Positions 10,974 through 20,851 are shown, counted from the stretch's first letter. The stretch: 64,000 nucleotides of DNA from Candidatus Buchananbacteria bacterium (GCA_013359225.1 JABWCG010000003.1:48783-112782); one strand, 5' to 3'. The notes: a model not told the origin generated them from the sequence alone. Translations and numbers: made by a program.

Positions 10974-11699
10974 TTACCGGTTATAGATCAGATACGCCAA
11001 CCAAGCGATGCCGGTGGCAATGAATATCAGCGCTCCCAAAATGCACATGACGAAACGTCTCGTCCATGCTTCAAGTTTGGGATCAGTGTGGCCCTTCATT
11101 AGGTAGCCGGTCAAAGCGTCAATTAAGCGCCGACCAAGCCAGATGATTAGCCGTAGGGCGCAAAATATCAACACCCCAACGACAAAAAAACAAACCAACA
11201 TCAGGATCATTGCTACCGGGTATGAAAACCGCGGTGTTACATATGATCCAGACAGCACTTTGATTCTAGTAGTACCATCCGGCGCTTTCACCACCGAATA
11301 TACCAATGGCTCACGCCACTCAATCAGGGGATAGGAGACAATAAACCGGATCGGCGCTCCCCGAACCAACGGCTCTGGTAGCCTGACCGAAACACTTGTT
11401 TGCCACCACCACGGCCCCACCGCCCAGTTGTCGTCAACCAAGCCGACAAGTTTGTGACGGTAAACCATATGGTTGAAATACACCTCTTCCCAGTCAACAT
11501 AGTGAGCCGCGACTGCCGCGGGGTATTCCAAACTACGGTATGGACCAACATATGACTGGTCAAAAACCTGCCGGATCAAATGCAATTCCTGCACCTGATC
11601 GCTGTCGCTTACGCTCGAAACCAAGACCTTGCCAGTCTGGTCTTGCGCACTGGCAATGCCAAAGACTGCCAAACAAAAAATCATCGCTAAGTGCTTCAT
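10974..11699 (-). CDS. Exported/membrane protein of unknown function
   Basis: Signal peptide (ASA-Q), soluble domain, two C-terminal TM segments; ends 14 nt before the MoxR start. Confidence 0.75.
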   Translation of the reverse strand: MKHLAMIFCLAVFGIASAQDQTGKVLVSSVSDSDQVQELHLIRQVFDQSYVGPYRSLEYPAAVAAHYVDWEEVYFNHMVYRHKLVGLVDDNWAVGPWWWQTSVSVRLPEPLVRGAPIRFIVSYPLIEWREPLVYSVVKAPDGTTRIKVLSGSYVTPRFSYPVAMILMLVCFFVVGVLIFCALRLIIWLGRRLIDALTGYLMKGHTDPKLEAWTRRFVMCILGALIFIATGIAWLAYLIYNR

Positions 11700-11836
11700 C
11701 GTAGACTCTCCCTCATGTTTGAGTTTGGATTCGTATAGTCAACAAACCTCGTTGCTTTTAGACGCGTCAAAAACACGTTAAAAGACCTTATAATATATAA
11801 AAAAAATAGCATTTTGTCAAGGTGACACTATCTCAT

Positions 11837-11886
11837 TTGACACTATCTTATACATCAGGTAATATATCCCCATAGGGGGGATATAT
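11837..11886 (+). promoter_or_regulatory. Copper-operon promoter with CsoR-type operator
   Basis: TTGACA (11837) and TAATAT (11860) with a 17-bp spacer. The inverted repeat ATATATCCCC-ATAGG-GGGGATATAT (11862-11886) has the C/G tracts typical of CsoR operators. Confidence 0.75.
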
Positions 11887-11889
11887 ACT

Positions 11890-12198
11890 ATGAACAAAAA
11901 TTCCATCCAATCAACAGCCGCCAAACTCTTACTCACTATTATGGTGTCATTCATCATTAGTGCTTTCTTTTTAGCAGCACTAACAATAACGCCCGTCACT
12001 TATTCAGGGCACGACCAGTGCTTTAATAGTCAATGCGGACCGATTCAACACTTATTCCACGATTTCGTTATGTTGCCAGCGTTACTTACTAAAAACCTAA
12101 TGCTAATTATCATTTGCTTTATCATTTTATTCACCCCAATAGCAGTGGCGACAACACCAAAAAGCCCACCGCCAAGATTTACTTTAATAAACAACTAA
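11890..12198 (+). CDS. Small membrane protein with Cys/His cluster and C-terminal SPPPR (possible DUF2946-like leader)
   Basis: TM, then HDQCFNSQC..H..H, then TM, then PKSPPPR; first gene after the operator. Confidence 0.6.
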   Translation: MNKNSIQSTAAKLLLTIMVSFIISAFFLAALTITPVTYSGHDQCFNSQCGPIQHLFHDFVMLPALLTKNLMLIIICFIILFTPIAVATTPKSPPPRFTLINN

Positions 12199-12203
12199 AC
12201 AAT

Positions 12204-12476
12204 ATGGATAAACGACATAAAACAACAACCAAAGATCGCGCTTTGCATCGAGTCCGAATTATTCAAGGCCATCTGACATCAATTGAAAAAATGCTAGAAG
12301 AAAATCGCTACTGTGTTGACATTGTTCATCAATCACGAGCGATTCAAAAAGCCCTAAAACAACTTGATATCCTTATTATTGAAAACCATCTCAAGGGTTG
12401 CGTCATTAATCAGATCAAAGGCGGTCAAGAACAAAAAACCACCAGTGAATTACTCAGACTCTTTGAGTACAAATAA
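12204..12476 (+). CDS. csoR: CsoR/RcnR family copper-sensing repressor
   Basis: R-x-x-IQGHL, YCVDI, HLKGC (C-H-C ligands); start at MDKRH. Confidence 0.92.
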   Translation: MDKRHKTTTKDRALHRVRIIQGHLTSIEKMLEENRYCVDIVHQSRAIQKALKQLDILIIENHLKGCVINQIKGGQEQKTTSELLRLFEYK

Positions 12477-12489
12477 ATAACTACAATCT

Positions 12490-13932
12490 ATGTCCCAACA
12501 TCATACTGAAGAAAACTTCAAACAGCACACATTTTACGTTGCCGGCATGCACTGTGCCAGCTGTGAAGTTTTAATTGAAAAAAAACTCCTCAAACAACCG
12601 GGCGTGGTATTCGCCAACGCCTCGTTAAAAGATGCTCAGGTTATCGTCAAAACTAATCCGGACACCCGCCTTAATCTAGCCGACCTCAACCGTGACATTG
12701 AACCGCTAGGCTACCAGCTTAAAACTTCACCGGTTGCCAAAGAAGTAACCAGCCTGTTTTATAAAAATAATTCAGGCAGCCTAACGTTAAACAAAAAAAG
12801 GTTTCACCAGCTCCTTAAAAGCGTGCTACTGGCATTATCATTTTTGGCAGTCTTTTTTGTTATTGAGCGTTTCCAGTTTGGCCGATTTGTTTCTGTCGAT
12901 GCCACATCAACCTACTCTGCCTTCTTCCTGCTCGGCTTGGTCGCCGGCGTCTCCAGCTGTGCGGCACTGATCGGGGGACTGCTTTTGTCCCTTATCAAAC
13001 ACTGGAACGAGGTCTACATTGACGCCGAAAAAACATCGCAAAAAGCAACACCACACCTATTGTTTCACACCGGCCGAATGGCGTCGTTCTTTGTGCTTGG
13101 AGGCGTATTAGGAATAATCGGCGACGCCATCACTTGGAATAACACCACCACCTATGCGCTGCTGACTATTGCCGTTTCGTTACTGATGATTATCTTGGCG
13201 TTTCAAATGCTTGGCGCTTCTTGGGCAACCAAACTAGCGCCGCGATTACCAAAATTTATCACGCGCGTTGCCACCAATGAACAATCGTTTCAGGGAAAAT
13301 TCATGCCGTTTGTCACTGGTGCGCTGACATTCTTTCTGCCGTGTGGTTTTACCCTCATCGCGCAGGGAGTGGCGCTCGCCACTGGCAGTTTTATGTCCGG
13401 AGCATTAATAATGACATTTTTTGCCTTTGGTACTCTGCCAATGCTAACAGCAATCAGTCTTACCGGGCTTACCTTCACCAGCCGACCCCATCTAACCGCC
13501 AAGTTCTCATACGTAGCCGGGGTTATTATTATCTTTTTTGCGCTCTACAACATCAACGGTCAATTTAACGTTCTGGGGCTACCGAGCTTAAGCGACATAA
13601 CTGTTTTGTCGAGTAAAAATGCCACCAACGATATGGCTGGTACGCCATACGCTGGCAGTGAAGAACAAATTATCTCGCTTGTTGCCAAAGGCTTTAGCTA
13701 CACACCAACCAGCCCGACATCACTCAAGGCAGGCATACCAACTAAACTCGTAGTGGATAATCAAGGAATTCAAGGCTGTGGCACCTACATGGCCTCCCGC
13801 GGGCTGATCAATGGTTTTGTCGCTCTAGAAAAAGGCGAAAATATTATTGACGTTGGTTCGCCAAAGCCCGGAACATACAAAATTACCTGCTCAATGGGCA
13901 TGGTGCCGCCGGTAACAATCACTATTAAATAA
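12490..13932 (+). CDS. HMA + DsbD_2/TauE-like membrane domain + cupredoxin fusion
   Basis: GMHCASC; SSCAALIGG; FLPCGF; C-terminal CSMGM. Confidence 0.88.
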   Translation: MSQHHTEENFKQHTFYVAGMHCASCEVLIEKKLLKQPGVVFANASLKDAQVIVKTNPDTRLNLADLNRDIEPLGYQLKTSPVAKEVTSLFYKNNSGSLTLNKKRFHQLLKSVLLALSFLAVFFVIERFQFGRFVSVDATSTYSAFFLLGLVAGVSSCAALIGGLLLSLIKHWNEVYIDAEKTSQKATPHLLFHTGRMASFFVLGGVLGIIGDAITWNNTTTYALLTIAVSLLMIILAFQMLGASWATKLAPRLPKFITRVATNEQSFQGKFMPFVTGALTFFLPCGFTLIAQGVALATGSFMSGALIMTFFAFGTLPMLTAISLTGLTFTSRPHLTAKFSYVAGVIIIFFALYNINGQFNVLGLPSLSDITVLSSKNATNDMAGTPYAGSEEQIISLVAKGFSYTPTSPTSLKAGIPTKLVVDNQGIQGCGTYMASRGLINGFVALEKGENIIDVGSPKPGTYKITCSMGMVPPVTITIK

Positions 13933-13936
13933 TCAC

Positions 13937-14158
13937 ATGGATAAAAAACTACTCATTAAAGGGATGCATTGTGACGCCTGCCTTAATTTGATCAAAATGG
14001 AGCTGGCTGATGCCGGATTAGAAAACAACATTAAAGAAATAAAATTACTCGACGGCCAGCAGCGAGGTTTTGTAACGCTGACTAATCCTTCTGAAGCAAA
14101 AATTATTCAGGCAATCACAGCTATCAATGCACTTGGACCATACCAGGTTGAAATTTAA
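13937..14158 (+). CDS. CopZ-like HMA metallochaperone
   Basis: GMHCDAC in a 73-aa protein directly before copA. Confidence 0.85.
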   Translation: MDKKLLIKGMHCDACLNLIKMELADAGLENNIKEIKLLDGQQRGFVTLTNPSEAKIIQAITAINALGPYQVEI

Positions 14159-14168
14159 CTGATCTAAT

Positions 14169-16553
14169 ATGATAACTAAAAAAATATTTCCGATTGTCGG
14201 AATGCATTGCGCTTCCTGCAAAATACTAATCGAAAAAATGGTCAAAAAATTAGATGGCGTCTCTGACGTTCAGGTTAACTATGCCACCGAAAAAATGACC
14301 GTAACCTACGACGAAAAAAAAATCGGCTCAGCCGACCTTTCGTCCGCCGTCAGCAAAGCCGGAAGCTATAGGCTAATTACCAATCAAGCCGGTGAAACTG
14401 TTTTAGCGTCACCGCCAGAAGCCAAAAAAATCACTCGTCACCATCACCAAGCATCGTCTACGGCCGGACACCACGATCACGCCTCAGCGCTAAAGAAAGA
14501 AGCCTACCTTAAACTTAAGAAAAAAGTCATCATGGTTGGCATTGGTTCAGTGCCATTCTTCTTAATGATGATTAATACTGTTTTGGCGTCGTTTGGCTTA
14601 ATGATGGTCGGCGAACAATTCGGGTTCATTAAAATTGAAGCATTAAACTATAGGCTTAACCTATTTTTCTTGCTGCAATTTTTGATCGCCACGCCTATTA
14701 TTTTCATCGGCGGCCAGCAATTCTTCCAAAGCGCTTGGCAGGCCTTAAAAGCCAAAGCGGCTAATATGGATACCTTAATTGCGCTTGGTACCTTCACGGC
14801 CTGGCTCTTCTCAACGTTGGTTACGTTTACGCCTCAATTTTTTGGATCGCTTAAAACTGACGTCTTTTTTGAAGCGGCGGTTTTTATTACCTTCTTTATT
14901 CTGATTGGACGACTCCTTGAAGCCAGGGCCAAAGGTCAAGCTAACGACGCTATTAAAAAACTGTTTGCCCTTCAGGCTAAAGAAGCAACTGTCATACGTC
15001 ACAATCAGGAAATTAAAATCTCCATTGATCAAGTAGTTACTGGCGACATTATCATCGTAAAGCCCGGAGAAAAAATTCCGGTTGATGGCACCATCGTTAA
15101 CGGTGCCAGCACGATTGATGAATCAATGGTCACTGGCGAATCGTTACCGGTTGAAAAAACGGTCGGCGACCAAGTCATTGGTTCAACCATCAACAAAACC
15201 GGAGCTTTTACTTTTGAGGCAAAAAAAGTCGGGTCCGAAACCCTGCTGGCGCAAATCATTAAAATGGTTGAAGAAGCTCAGGGCACGACCGCGCCAATTC
15301 AAAAGTTAGCCGACGCCATTTCAGGTATCTTTGTGCCAATTGTAGTTGTGATTGCCGTTATTGCCTTTTTATTTTGGCTATTTATTGCCCCGACGATTGG
15401 CTTAATTGGCACTGATGTGTCAGTGCTGCAGTTAGCTGTCTACATTGCAACAACCATATTGATTATTGCCTGCCCATGTGCGCTGGGGCTTGCGACCCCA
15501 ACTGCCGTTATGGTTGGCACCGGTCAAGCAGCGAGGCGCGGCATCTTAATCAAGGATGCCGCCGCTCTTGAGGGGGCTCAACAAATCAAAACCATTGTAT
15601 TTGATAAAACTGGAACTCTAACTAAAGGCATTCCCGAGGTAACTGATTTTGTCTTAACCGGCACCATTGATGAAAAAACCGTCCTGTCGTATGCCTATGC
15701 CCTGGAAAAAAATTCTGAACACCCTTTGTCTGACGCCATTACCAAATTTGCAACAAAATTCAAAAACAATGATACGGCCACAGCTTTTAAAGCCATTGAA
15801 GGTCGAGGTGTTGAAGGCGTTGTTAACAACCAAAACATAACGATTGGCAACCAACGACTGCTAAACGAAAAACATATTACCATTGATCAAACAACCCTCA
15901 ACCGGGTTGAGCAACTCAGCCGTCAAGGTAAATCAATCGCTTATATGGTAATTGCTGATTCATTAGTTGCCTTTTTCGGCCTCGCTGACGTTATTAAAGA
16001 TGAATCCGTTCAAGCCATCAAAAATCTCCAGGCCATGGGCATTACAGTTATTATGTTAAGCGGCGACAATCAAAAAACCGCTGACGCTATTGCCCAAAAA
16101 CTCGGCATCAACCAAGTTATTGCCGAGGTAATGCCTCAAGACAAAGCACAAATTATCAAGGAGCTGCAAAGTAAGTTAACCAACAAAGGGTACGTTGCCA
16201 TGGTGGGGGACGGCATTAACGATGCACCAGCCCTGGCTCAGGCTAATATCGGCATTGCTATGGGGACCGGCACCGACGTGGCAATTGAAACTGGTGATAT
16301 TGTTCTGGTTAAGGGTACGCTCGACAAAGTGGTAGAGGCAATAAAAATGTCACGCTCGACACTAAAGATCATCAAACAAAACCTATTTTGGGCGTTTGGG
16401 TATAATATTGTGGCCATCCCAGTAGCCGCCGGCATACTCTATCCATTTCTTGGAATTTTACTTTCGCCAATCATTGCCAGTGCCGCCATGGCATTTAGTT
16501 CAATTTCCGTCGTACTAAACAGTATCCGTTTAAAGGCAATTAAACTTAAATAG
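14169..16553 (+). CDS. copA: Cu(I)-translocating P1B-type ATPase
   Basis: [31 protein letters not shown] and MAFSS. Confidence 0.97.
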   Translation: MITKKIFPIVGMHCASCKILIEKMVKKLDGVSDVQVNYATEKMTVTYDEKKIGSADLSSAVSKAGSYRLITNQAGETVLASPPEAKKITRHHHQASSTAGHHDHASALKKEAYLKLKKKVIMVGIGSVPFFLMMINTVLASFGLMMVGEQFGFIKIEALNYRLNLFFLLQFLIATPIIFIGGQQFFQSAWQALKAKAANMDTLIALGTFTAWLFSTLVTFTPQFFGSLKTDVFFEAAVFITFFILIGRLLEARAKGQANDAIKKLFALQAKEATVIRHNQEIKISIDQVVTGDIIIVKPGEKIPVDGTIVNGASTIDESMVTGESLPVEKTVGDQVIGSTINKTGAFTFEAKKVGSETLLAQIIKMVEEAQGTTAPIQKLADAISGIFVPIVVVIAVIAFLFWLFIAPTIGLIGTDVSVLQLAVYIATTILIIACPCALGLATPTAVMVGTGQAARRGILIKDAAALEGAQQIKTIVFDKTGTLTKGIPEVTDFVLTGTIDEKTVLSYAYALEKNSEHPLSDAITKFATKFKNNDTATAFKAIEGRGVEGVVNNQNITIGNQRLLNEKHITIDQTTLNRVEQLSRQGKSIAYMVIADSLVAFFGLADVIKDESVQAIKNLQAMGITVIMLSGDNQKTADAIAQKLGINQVIAEVMPQDKAQIIKELQSKLTNKGYVAMVGDGINDAPALAQANIGIAMGTGTDVAIETGDIVLVKGTLDKVVEAIKMSRSTLKIIKQNLFWAFGYNIVAIPVAAGILYPFLGILLSPIIASAAMAFSSISVVLNSIRLKAIKLK

Positions 16554-16559
16554 CAATCT

Positions 16560-16602
16560 AACTAAAAAATAAATGCAAATGACTTGCATTTATTTTTTAG
16601 TT
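16560..16602. promoter_or_regulatory. 19-bp perfect inverted repeat, probable Zur/Fur operator (may also terminate copA)
   Basis: AACTAAAAAATAAATGCAA-ATGAC-TTGCATTTATTTTTTAGTT, just upstream of TGG-TACCAT and the Fur-family gene. Confidence 0.65.
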
Positions 16603-16619
16603 GTGGTACCATTATTAAT

Positions 16620-16997
16620 ATGCAAAATATCCTGAAAAAATCTGGGTTAAAAAATACAGCGTGCCGCAAACATATTATTGGTGTTTTAATTAAAACCCAC
16701 GAACCAATTTCCGCCGAAACACTATATCAAAAATTAAAAAAACAGTATGATCTGGTGACTATCTACCGCAATTTAGCAGCGTTCGAACAAAAGGGGATTG
16801 TTTTCAAAGAGCATATCAATAAAATTGACCGTTACTATATTGACAATGCTCAACATCACCACATCACGTGTACTAGCTGCGGAAAAACTGAGTGTGTTCC
16901 GTGCACCCACAACAATTTTAAAATTAAAAATTTTATTAATATTAAACATCAGCTGGTGCTAAGCGGCATCTGCCAAGGATGTACTAATCATTATTAA
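16620..16997 (+). CDS. Fur-family regulator (Zur-like)
   Basis: VTIYRNL, HHHITCTSCG and C-terminal CQGC; adjacent to a ZIP transporter. Confidence 0.9.
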   Translation: MQNILKKSGLKNTACRKHIIGVLIKTHEPISAETLYQKLKKQYDLVTIYRNLAAFEQKGIVFKEHINKIDRYYIDNAQHHHITCTSCGKTECVPCTHNNFKIKNFINIKHQLVLSGICQGCTNHY

Positions 16998-17000
16998 TAT

Positions 17001-17771
17001 ATGTTTCTAGTCATCATCGCTGCCACAGTCATCATTAGCCTTATTGCGTTAGGCAGCATTCTTGTTATCTTTCGTAAAGAAAACCAGCCTGCGGGCTTTC
17101 GTTCTTTAATCAGTCTCGCTGCCGGATCATTGCTAGCGGTTTCGTTTCTTGATTTATTACCAGAAGCCATTGAGGAAAGCGAGGGTATTTTCGAACCACA
17201 CTTAATCTCTGCTTTGGTGCTAGTCAGTATTCTAATATTTTTCATTTTTGAAAGAATTTTACACTGGCACCATTGTCCGGATCCAATCCATCCGGAGCAT
17301 AATCACCGCCATCATCAAAGGGGTTTAGTGTACCTCAACCTTATCGGTGACGCAATTCATAATTTTATTGACGGCTTTTTAGTCGCCGGCGCCTTCCTGC
17401 TTGATTTTCAAGTTGGCTTGTCTGTAACGGCGGCGGTTATTCTACACGAAATTCCTCAAGAGATTTCTGATTTCGGAGTTTTGCTCTATGCTGGACTCAG
17501 CCGCACCAAAGCTATTATCTACAACCTGACTGTTGCTTTAACTGCCATCCTCGGCGCTACAGTTTTTTATTTCTTGGGCGAATCATTTGAAATCATTATC
17601 CCGCTTATGGCCGCAGTTGCTGCTGGAAATTTTATCTATCTTGCAACAGCCGATTTGATTCCAGAACTACACCACGAAACCAACCGAGGCAAGATTGTTA
17701 CTCATTCCGCGTGGTTACTATTTGGTGTCGCGATGATTTATATTGTTGGTATTTTATTTCCCCACAGCTAA
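17001..17771 (+). CDS. ZIP-family divalent metal (Zn) transporter
   Basis: HNFIDG, HEIPQE, His-rich loop, LIPELH. Confidence 0.93.
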   Translation: MFLVIIAATVIISLIALGSILVIFRKENQPAGFRSLISLAAGSLLAVSFLDLLPEAIEESEGIFEPHLISALVLVSILIFFIFERILHWHHCPDPIHPEHNHRHHQRGLVYLNLIGDAIHNFIDGFLVAGAFLLDFQVGLSVTAAVILHEIPQEISDFGVLLYAGLSRTKAIIYNLTVALTAILGATVFYFLGESFEIIIPLMAAVAAGNFIYLATADLIPELHHETNRGKIVTHSAWLLFGVAMIYIVGILFPHS

Positions 17772-17901
17772 AATTCTAAAGATGGCTCAAGAAACTGCTT
17801 ATACCTTGTATGCTAGTTTTAACAACGCCAATCACCTCCATATCTAGCCATTAAATAAAAAGAGGTTGTGCATATACAACCTCTGTTCCAATGAACAAGC
17901 C

Positions 17902-18804
17902 TCACTGCAAAGGACCGACCACGGCGTCGGTTGAGCCGTGCAAACGGATATTCTCCTCGCGTGAAAGCCAAAATCCTCCCAAATAACGATACTTCATCGC
18001 CGTAACGTCAAAAGCAAAAAAGGCGCGTAACACCATCAGCCAGTCTTTGCCATTGCACAAAAACGGACACCTCATCGGTTCAATGAAATTCTGGCAATAC
18101 ATCAGGCCTTGGCGGTTCAACGTTTCGTGAATCTGGCTGCGGCTGGATGAACCGCGGTAGCGGCCCTTGCGCCAAATCATCACATCGCGACACGACATGC
18201 CTTGTCTCGGTTTGAGGACAAATCCCTGTTTCCATGGCAGTTGATCCGCTGTTTGCACCGGCGACCACAGCCCGACAGCCTGACCCCAGCAACGCAGATT
18301 ACGATTGGCGCATGGCGTAATCGAACGCGATGCAAACGTTGCAAGTGCCTGACTATTTTGAGCTGAACGGACCAACAGTAAATCCTGGCAAGAACCAAGT
18401 TCCAACAAACTCAATGGCTGGCCAAGCCAAACATGATCGTCTGACGCTTTGTCCAAAACCAACGACCGAACTCGCGGCCATGATGCCAAAACATCCTGTA
18501 GCTTAGTTGCGAAATCCTGGTTAACTCGGCAAGCCACGCCCAAACCGTCAGGTGCATCATCAACGCCAAAAATACTTACCCGACGAGTACTCTCGTCAAC
18601 ATGACCCAAATCAACCTTCACCAGCATACTGTGCGTGTTAAAAGCCTGGCTAACAAAAGTTTCTTCGGGCGTAAAATGGCGTTCCCATTTCGTTACCCAA
18701 TCATGACAGGCTGAAACTGCCCACGCGGGCAATTCAAAAATGCGCGGCAAGCTGGCAACCTGCCAACTTCCAATTGCAAGACACTGACAATCCAGATTAG
18801 ACAC
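17902..18804 (-). CDS. Divergent ATP-grasp-like (circularly permuted/Gsp-synthetase-like) protein
   Basis: KVD...DDAPDGLG, VLKPRQGMS, YCQNFIEP, VLRAFF, GG...LHG; GTG start with AAGGAG SD. The fold call is tentative. Confidence 0.5.
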   Translation of the reverse strand: MSNLDCQCLAIGSWQVASLPRIFELPAWAVSACHDWVTKWERHFTPEETFVSQAFNTHSMLVKVDLGHVDESTRRVSIFGVDDAPDGLGVACRVNQDFATKLQDVLASWPRVRSLVLDKASDDHVWLGQPLSLLELGSCQDLLLVRSAQNSQALATFASRSITPCANRNLRCWGQAVGLWSPVQTADQLPWKQGFVLKPRQGMSCRDVMIWRKGRYRGSSSRSQIHETLNRQGLMYCQNFIEPMRCPFLCNGKDWLMVLRAFFAFDVTAMKYRYLGGFWLSREENIRLHGSTDAVVGPLQ

Positions 18805-18856
18805 GGCACACTCCTTTGCTGCCTTTACGATTACTTTTCAAGGTTCATGACCAATA

Positions 18857-18883
18857 AACAAAAAATCTCTCCTGCGAGAGATT
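18857..18883 (-). terminator. Attenuator terminator
   Basis: Minus strand AATCTCTC-GCAG-GAGAGATT followed by TTTTGTT, between the leader ORF and the 18804 gene. Confidence 0.75.
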
Positions 18884-18910
18884 GTCATTAGTATTACTGA
18901 TTTCTTTCAA

Positions 18911-18997
18911 CTACACAATCAACCCCTCGCGATTGGCGAGATCCTGGTCCTGATTCTGATTATCCTGCTTGCGGATTGTTGAAGTATAATTGTTCAT
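18911..18997 (-). CDS. Putative 28-aa leader peptide MNNYTSTIRKQDNQNQDQDLANREGLIV
   Basis: Translated by hand. The ATG lies 6 nt after TGG-TATGAT (19004-19012), with TTGACA at 19026-19031; the ORF is followed by mutually exclusive hairpins. Confidence 0.65.
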   Translation of the reverse strand: MNNYTSTIRKQDNQNQDQDLANREGLIV

Positions 18998-19051
18998 GAA
19001 ACAATCATACCAGAAACAAAAAATATGTCAATGGCGTTATCGGCCGGCAAC

Positions 19052-19561
19052 TTACGGTTGGAGTAATATTCTGGCAACATTATATTGGACTTCCCCCAAA
19101 TATTCACAATCAACATCCAGCGTATGGGGCGCTGTCGTATTATATAATGTCACAATTTTATACTCATACCCCCAAAACCGGATTGCCTTACCATCAATTT
19201 TGATCTCCGTCGGCTCGCTTGATCGGTTATCCAACATCACTTTGGTACCATTCTTATATGTCACAGTATTAGGGTCAAGCATGCAATTATCCAATTGAAT
19301 TCGTCTTCCTATATAACTATCTCGTACTTCTTCATAACCTACCGGCTGCGAATTTTTTACTACTTCCGGTCCAAATCCAGCACCACCCTCATCTTTTGCC
19401 ACTTCGCTTTTCTGCAGATGGGTTTGTGATCCAAAAACCAAATTGTCCTGCCTGCTTTGAATCAACGAAACAATAAAATAAGTTGCCACCAAAACGACCA
19501 ATCCACCAATTGCTAACCAACTATAGAGGCTCTTTAATTCTTTATTCATATGCCTATACAT
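19052..19561 (-). CDS. Membrane-anchored protein, unknown function
   Basis: Single N-terminal TM and a beta-rich C-terminal domain; third gene of the ECF unit. Confidence 0.7.
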   Translation of the reverse strand: MYRHMNKELKSLYSWLAIGGLVVLVATYFIVSLIQSRQDNLVFGSQTHLQKSEVAKDEGGAGFGPEVVKNSQPVGYEEVRDSYIGRRIQLDNCMLDPNTVTYKNGTKVMLDNRSSEPTEIKIDGKAIRFWGYEYKIVTLYNTTAPHTLDVDCEYLGEVQYNVARILLQP

Positions 19562-19570
19562 TATTAATAA

Positions 19571-20851
19571 TTAAAGAGTAAGTTCGTTTTCAACCTCAAT
19601 GTCAATTAAATCAGATTCAACCTCGGCATTTGTTTCAGCCTCCGACCGGGATCGTTCACGATCAGTATCTTTGTCCTCGGCGTCTCCACGGTCAGAGTCG
19701 TCAGCGTCAGGCGCTTTAATTTCGGTTTTAGTTCGAGTGTTAATCCGATTAGCAGCGTCAATCAGAGCGTCGATGTGAACGGGAAATTTTTCTTCTATTA
19801 CGGCTTTATCCTGAGATTTTTTGGCATCATCATTCTGATCATTTTTTCTATTACTATCGTTTTTCGAAGCATTAATTTTACCCTGCCAATCAATATCAAG
19901 CTGCTTGGCGCCATGCACGATGATTTGGGCTTCCTGCGCTAACCGAAGCGCTTCCTGAAATGTAATGAAAGCTTGATTATACTGTTTCAAATCCAGCTCA
20001 GCCTTCCCTTCGTTATATACCGACAAGGCGCTGTTAAGCTGGGCGCTAAGACGCGCGGCCACCGGCTCACTTAGAAAAGAATTTTTATCAACTATCTTTT
20101 TAACCTCAGCAATTTTATTTTCTGCGGCTTTCATCTTGTTTTTGGCGGCTATCTCAAAATCAGCCTCCGCCTTGGCGGAAATTTCTCCTTCGGCTTCAAC
20201 CCGACTTTCCGAGATCGCCTTAGTATCATCCAAAACGTCTAAAATAATTTCCGCCGCTCCATCATCTTTTTCGGATAAAGCAAGCAATATCTGGGCATGC
20301 CCGCGCAACACCGCCTCAAGCCGGGAATTCGCCGAGAAAGATTTCTCAGAGTCCTGGAATTTCTCGGCTAGCTGAGATGCCGTTTTTGTTTGAATGCTGA
20401 TATCATTTTTAACCGTTTCACTAATTGTTACGTCAAGACGATTTTTTACTTTTAATTTTTCCGCCTCTTCAAGCCGTCGGGCGACCTTATCGATTTCCCA
20501 TTCTACCTTTGATTCATCGGAAAAGTTGACCGCCGAACGAATTTTTTCATTTACCGAAATTTTTACCGGATACAATAAATCTCCCGGAACTGAATTCTCA
20601 GCCGCCAAAGAGGTGCCGCCGCTAACGGCAATAAATAAAGCAATTATCAAAGCTATTGGCATAAATTTTGTCTCCCTTAAGTTATTAATCAGCCCCCTTA
20701 AGGATATCAGACGGCCAGTCGGTTGGTTTCTTACGCCTGGCGTAGTCCGGACAAAATCTAACAATGCGGAGCGCATCGCCAATTTTTCAGCAACCGAAAG
20801 TTTTTCGGCTTGCTGCAGTTTTGCAATTTTTCTTATCTTTCTAATTATCAT
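19571..20851 (-). CDS. Putative anti-sigma factor (DUF5667-like)
   Basis: AENSVPGDLLYPVK...RRLEEA after one TM segment; overlaps the ECF sigma stop; acidic tail. Confidence 0.8.
   Translation of the reverse strand: MIIRKIRKIAKLQQAEKLSVAEKLAMRSALLDFVRTTPGVRNQPTGRLISLRGLINNLRETKFMPIALIIALFIAVSGGTSLAAENSVPGDLLYPVKISVNEKIRSAVNFSDESKVEWEIDKVARRLEEAEKLKVKNRLDVTISETVKNDISIQTKTASQLAEKFQDSEKSFSANSRLEAVLRGHAQILLALSEKDDGAAEIILDVLDDTKAISESRVEAEGEISAKAEADFEIAAKNKMKAAENKIAEVKKIVDKNSFLSEPVAARLSAQLNSALSVYNEGKAELDLKQYNQAFITFQEALRLAQEAQIIVHGAKQLDIDWQGKINASKNDSNRKNDQNDDAKKSQDKAVIEEKFPVHIDALIDAANRINTRTKTEIKAPDADDSDRGDAEDKDTDRERSRSEAETNAEVESDLIDIEVENELTL

Noticed and set aside
17772-17852. ATGGCT/AGCCAT-closed segment with a 21-codon plus-strand ORF and a minus-strand GGAGGTGA
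   Set aside because: The ORFs are very short and there is no promoter evidence; it cannot be distinguished from chance.
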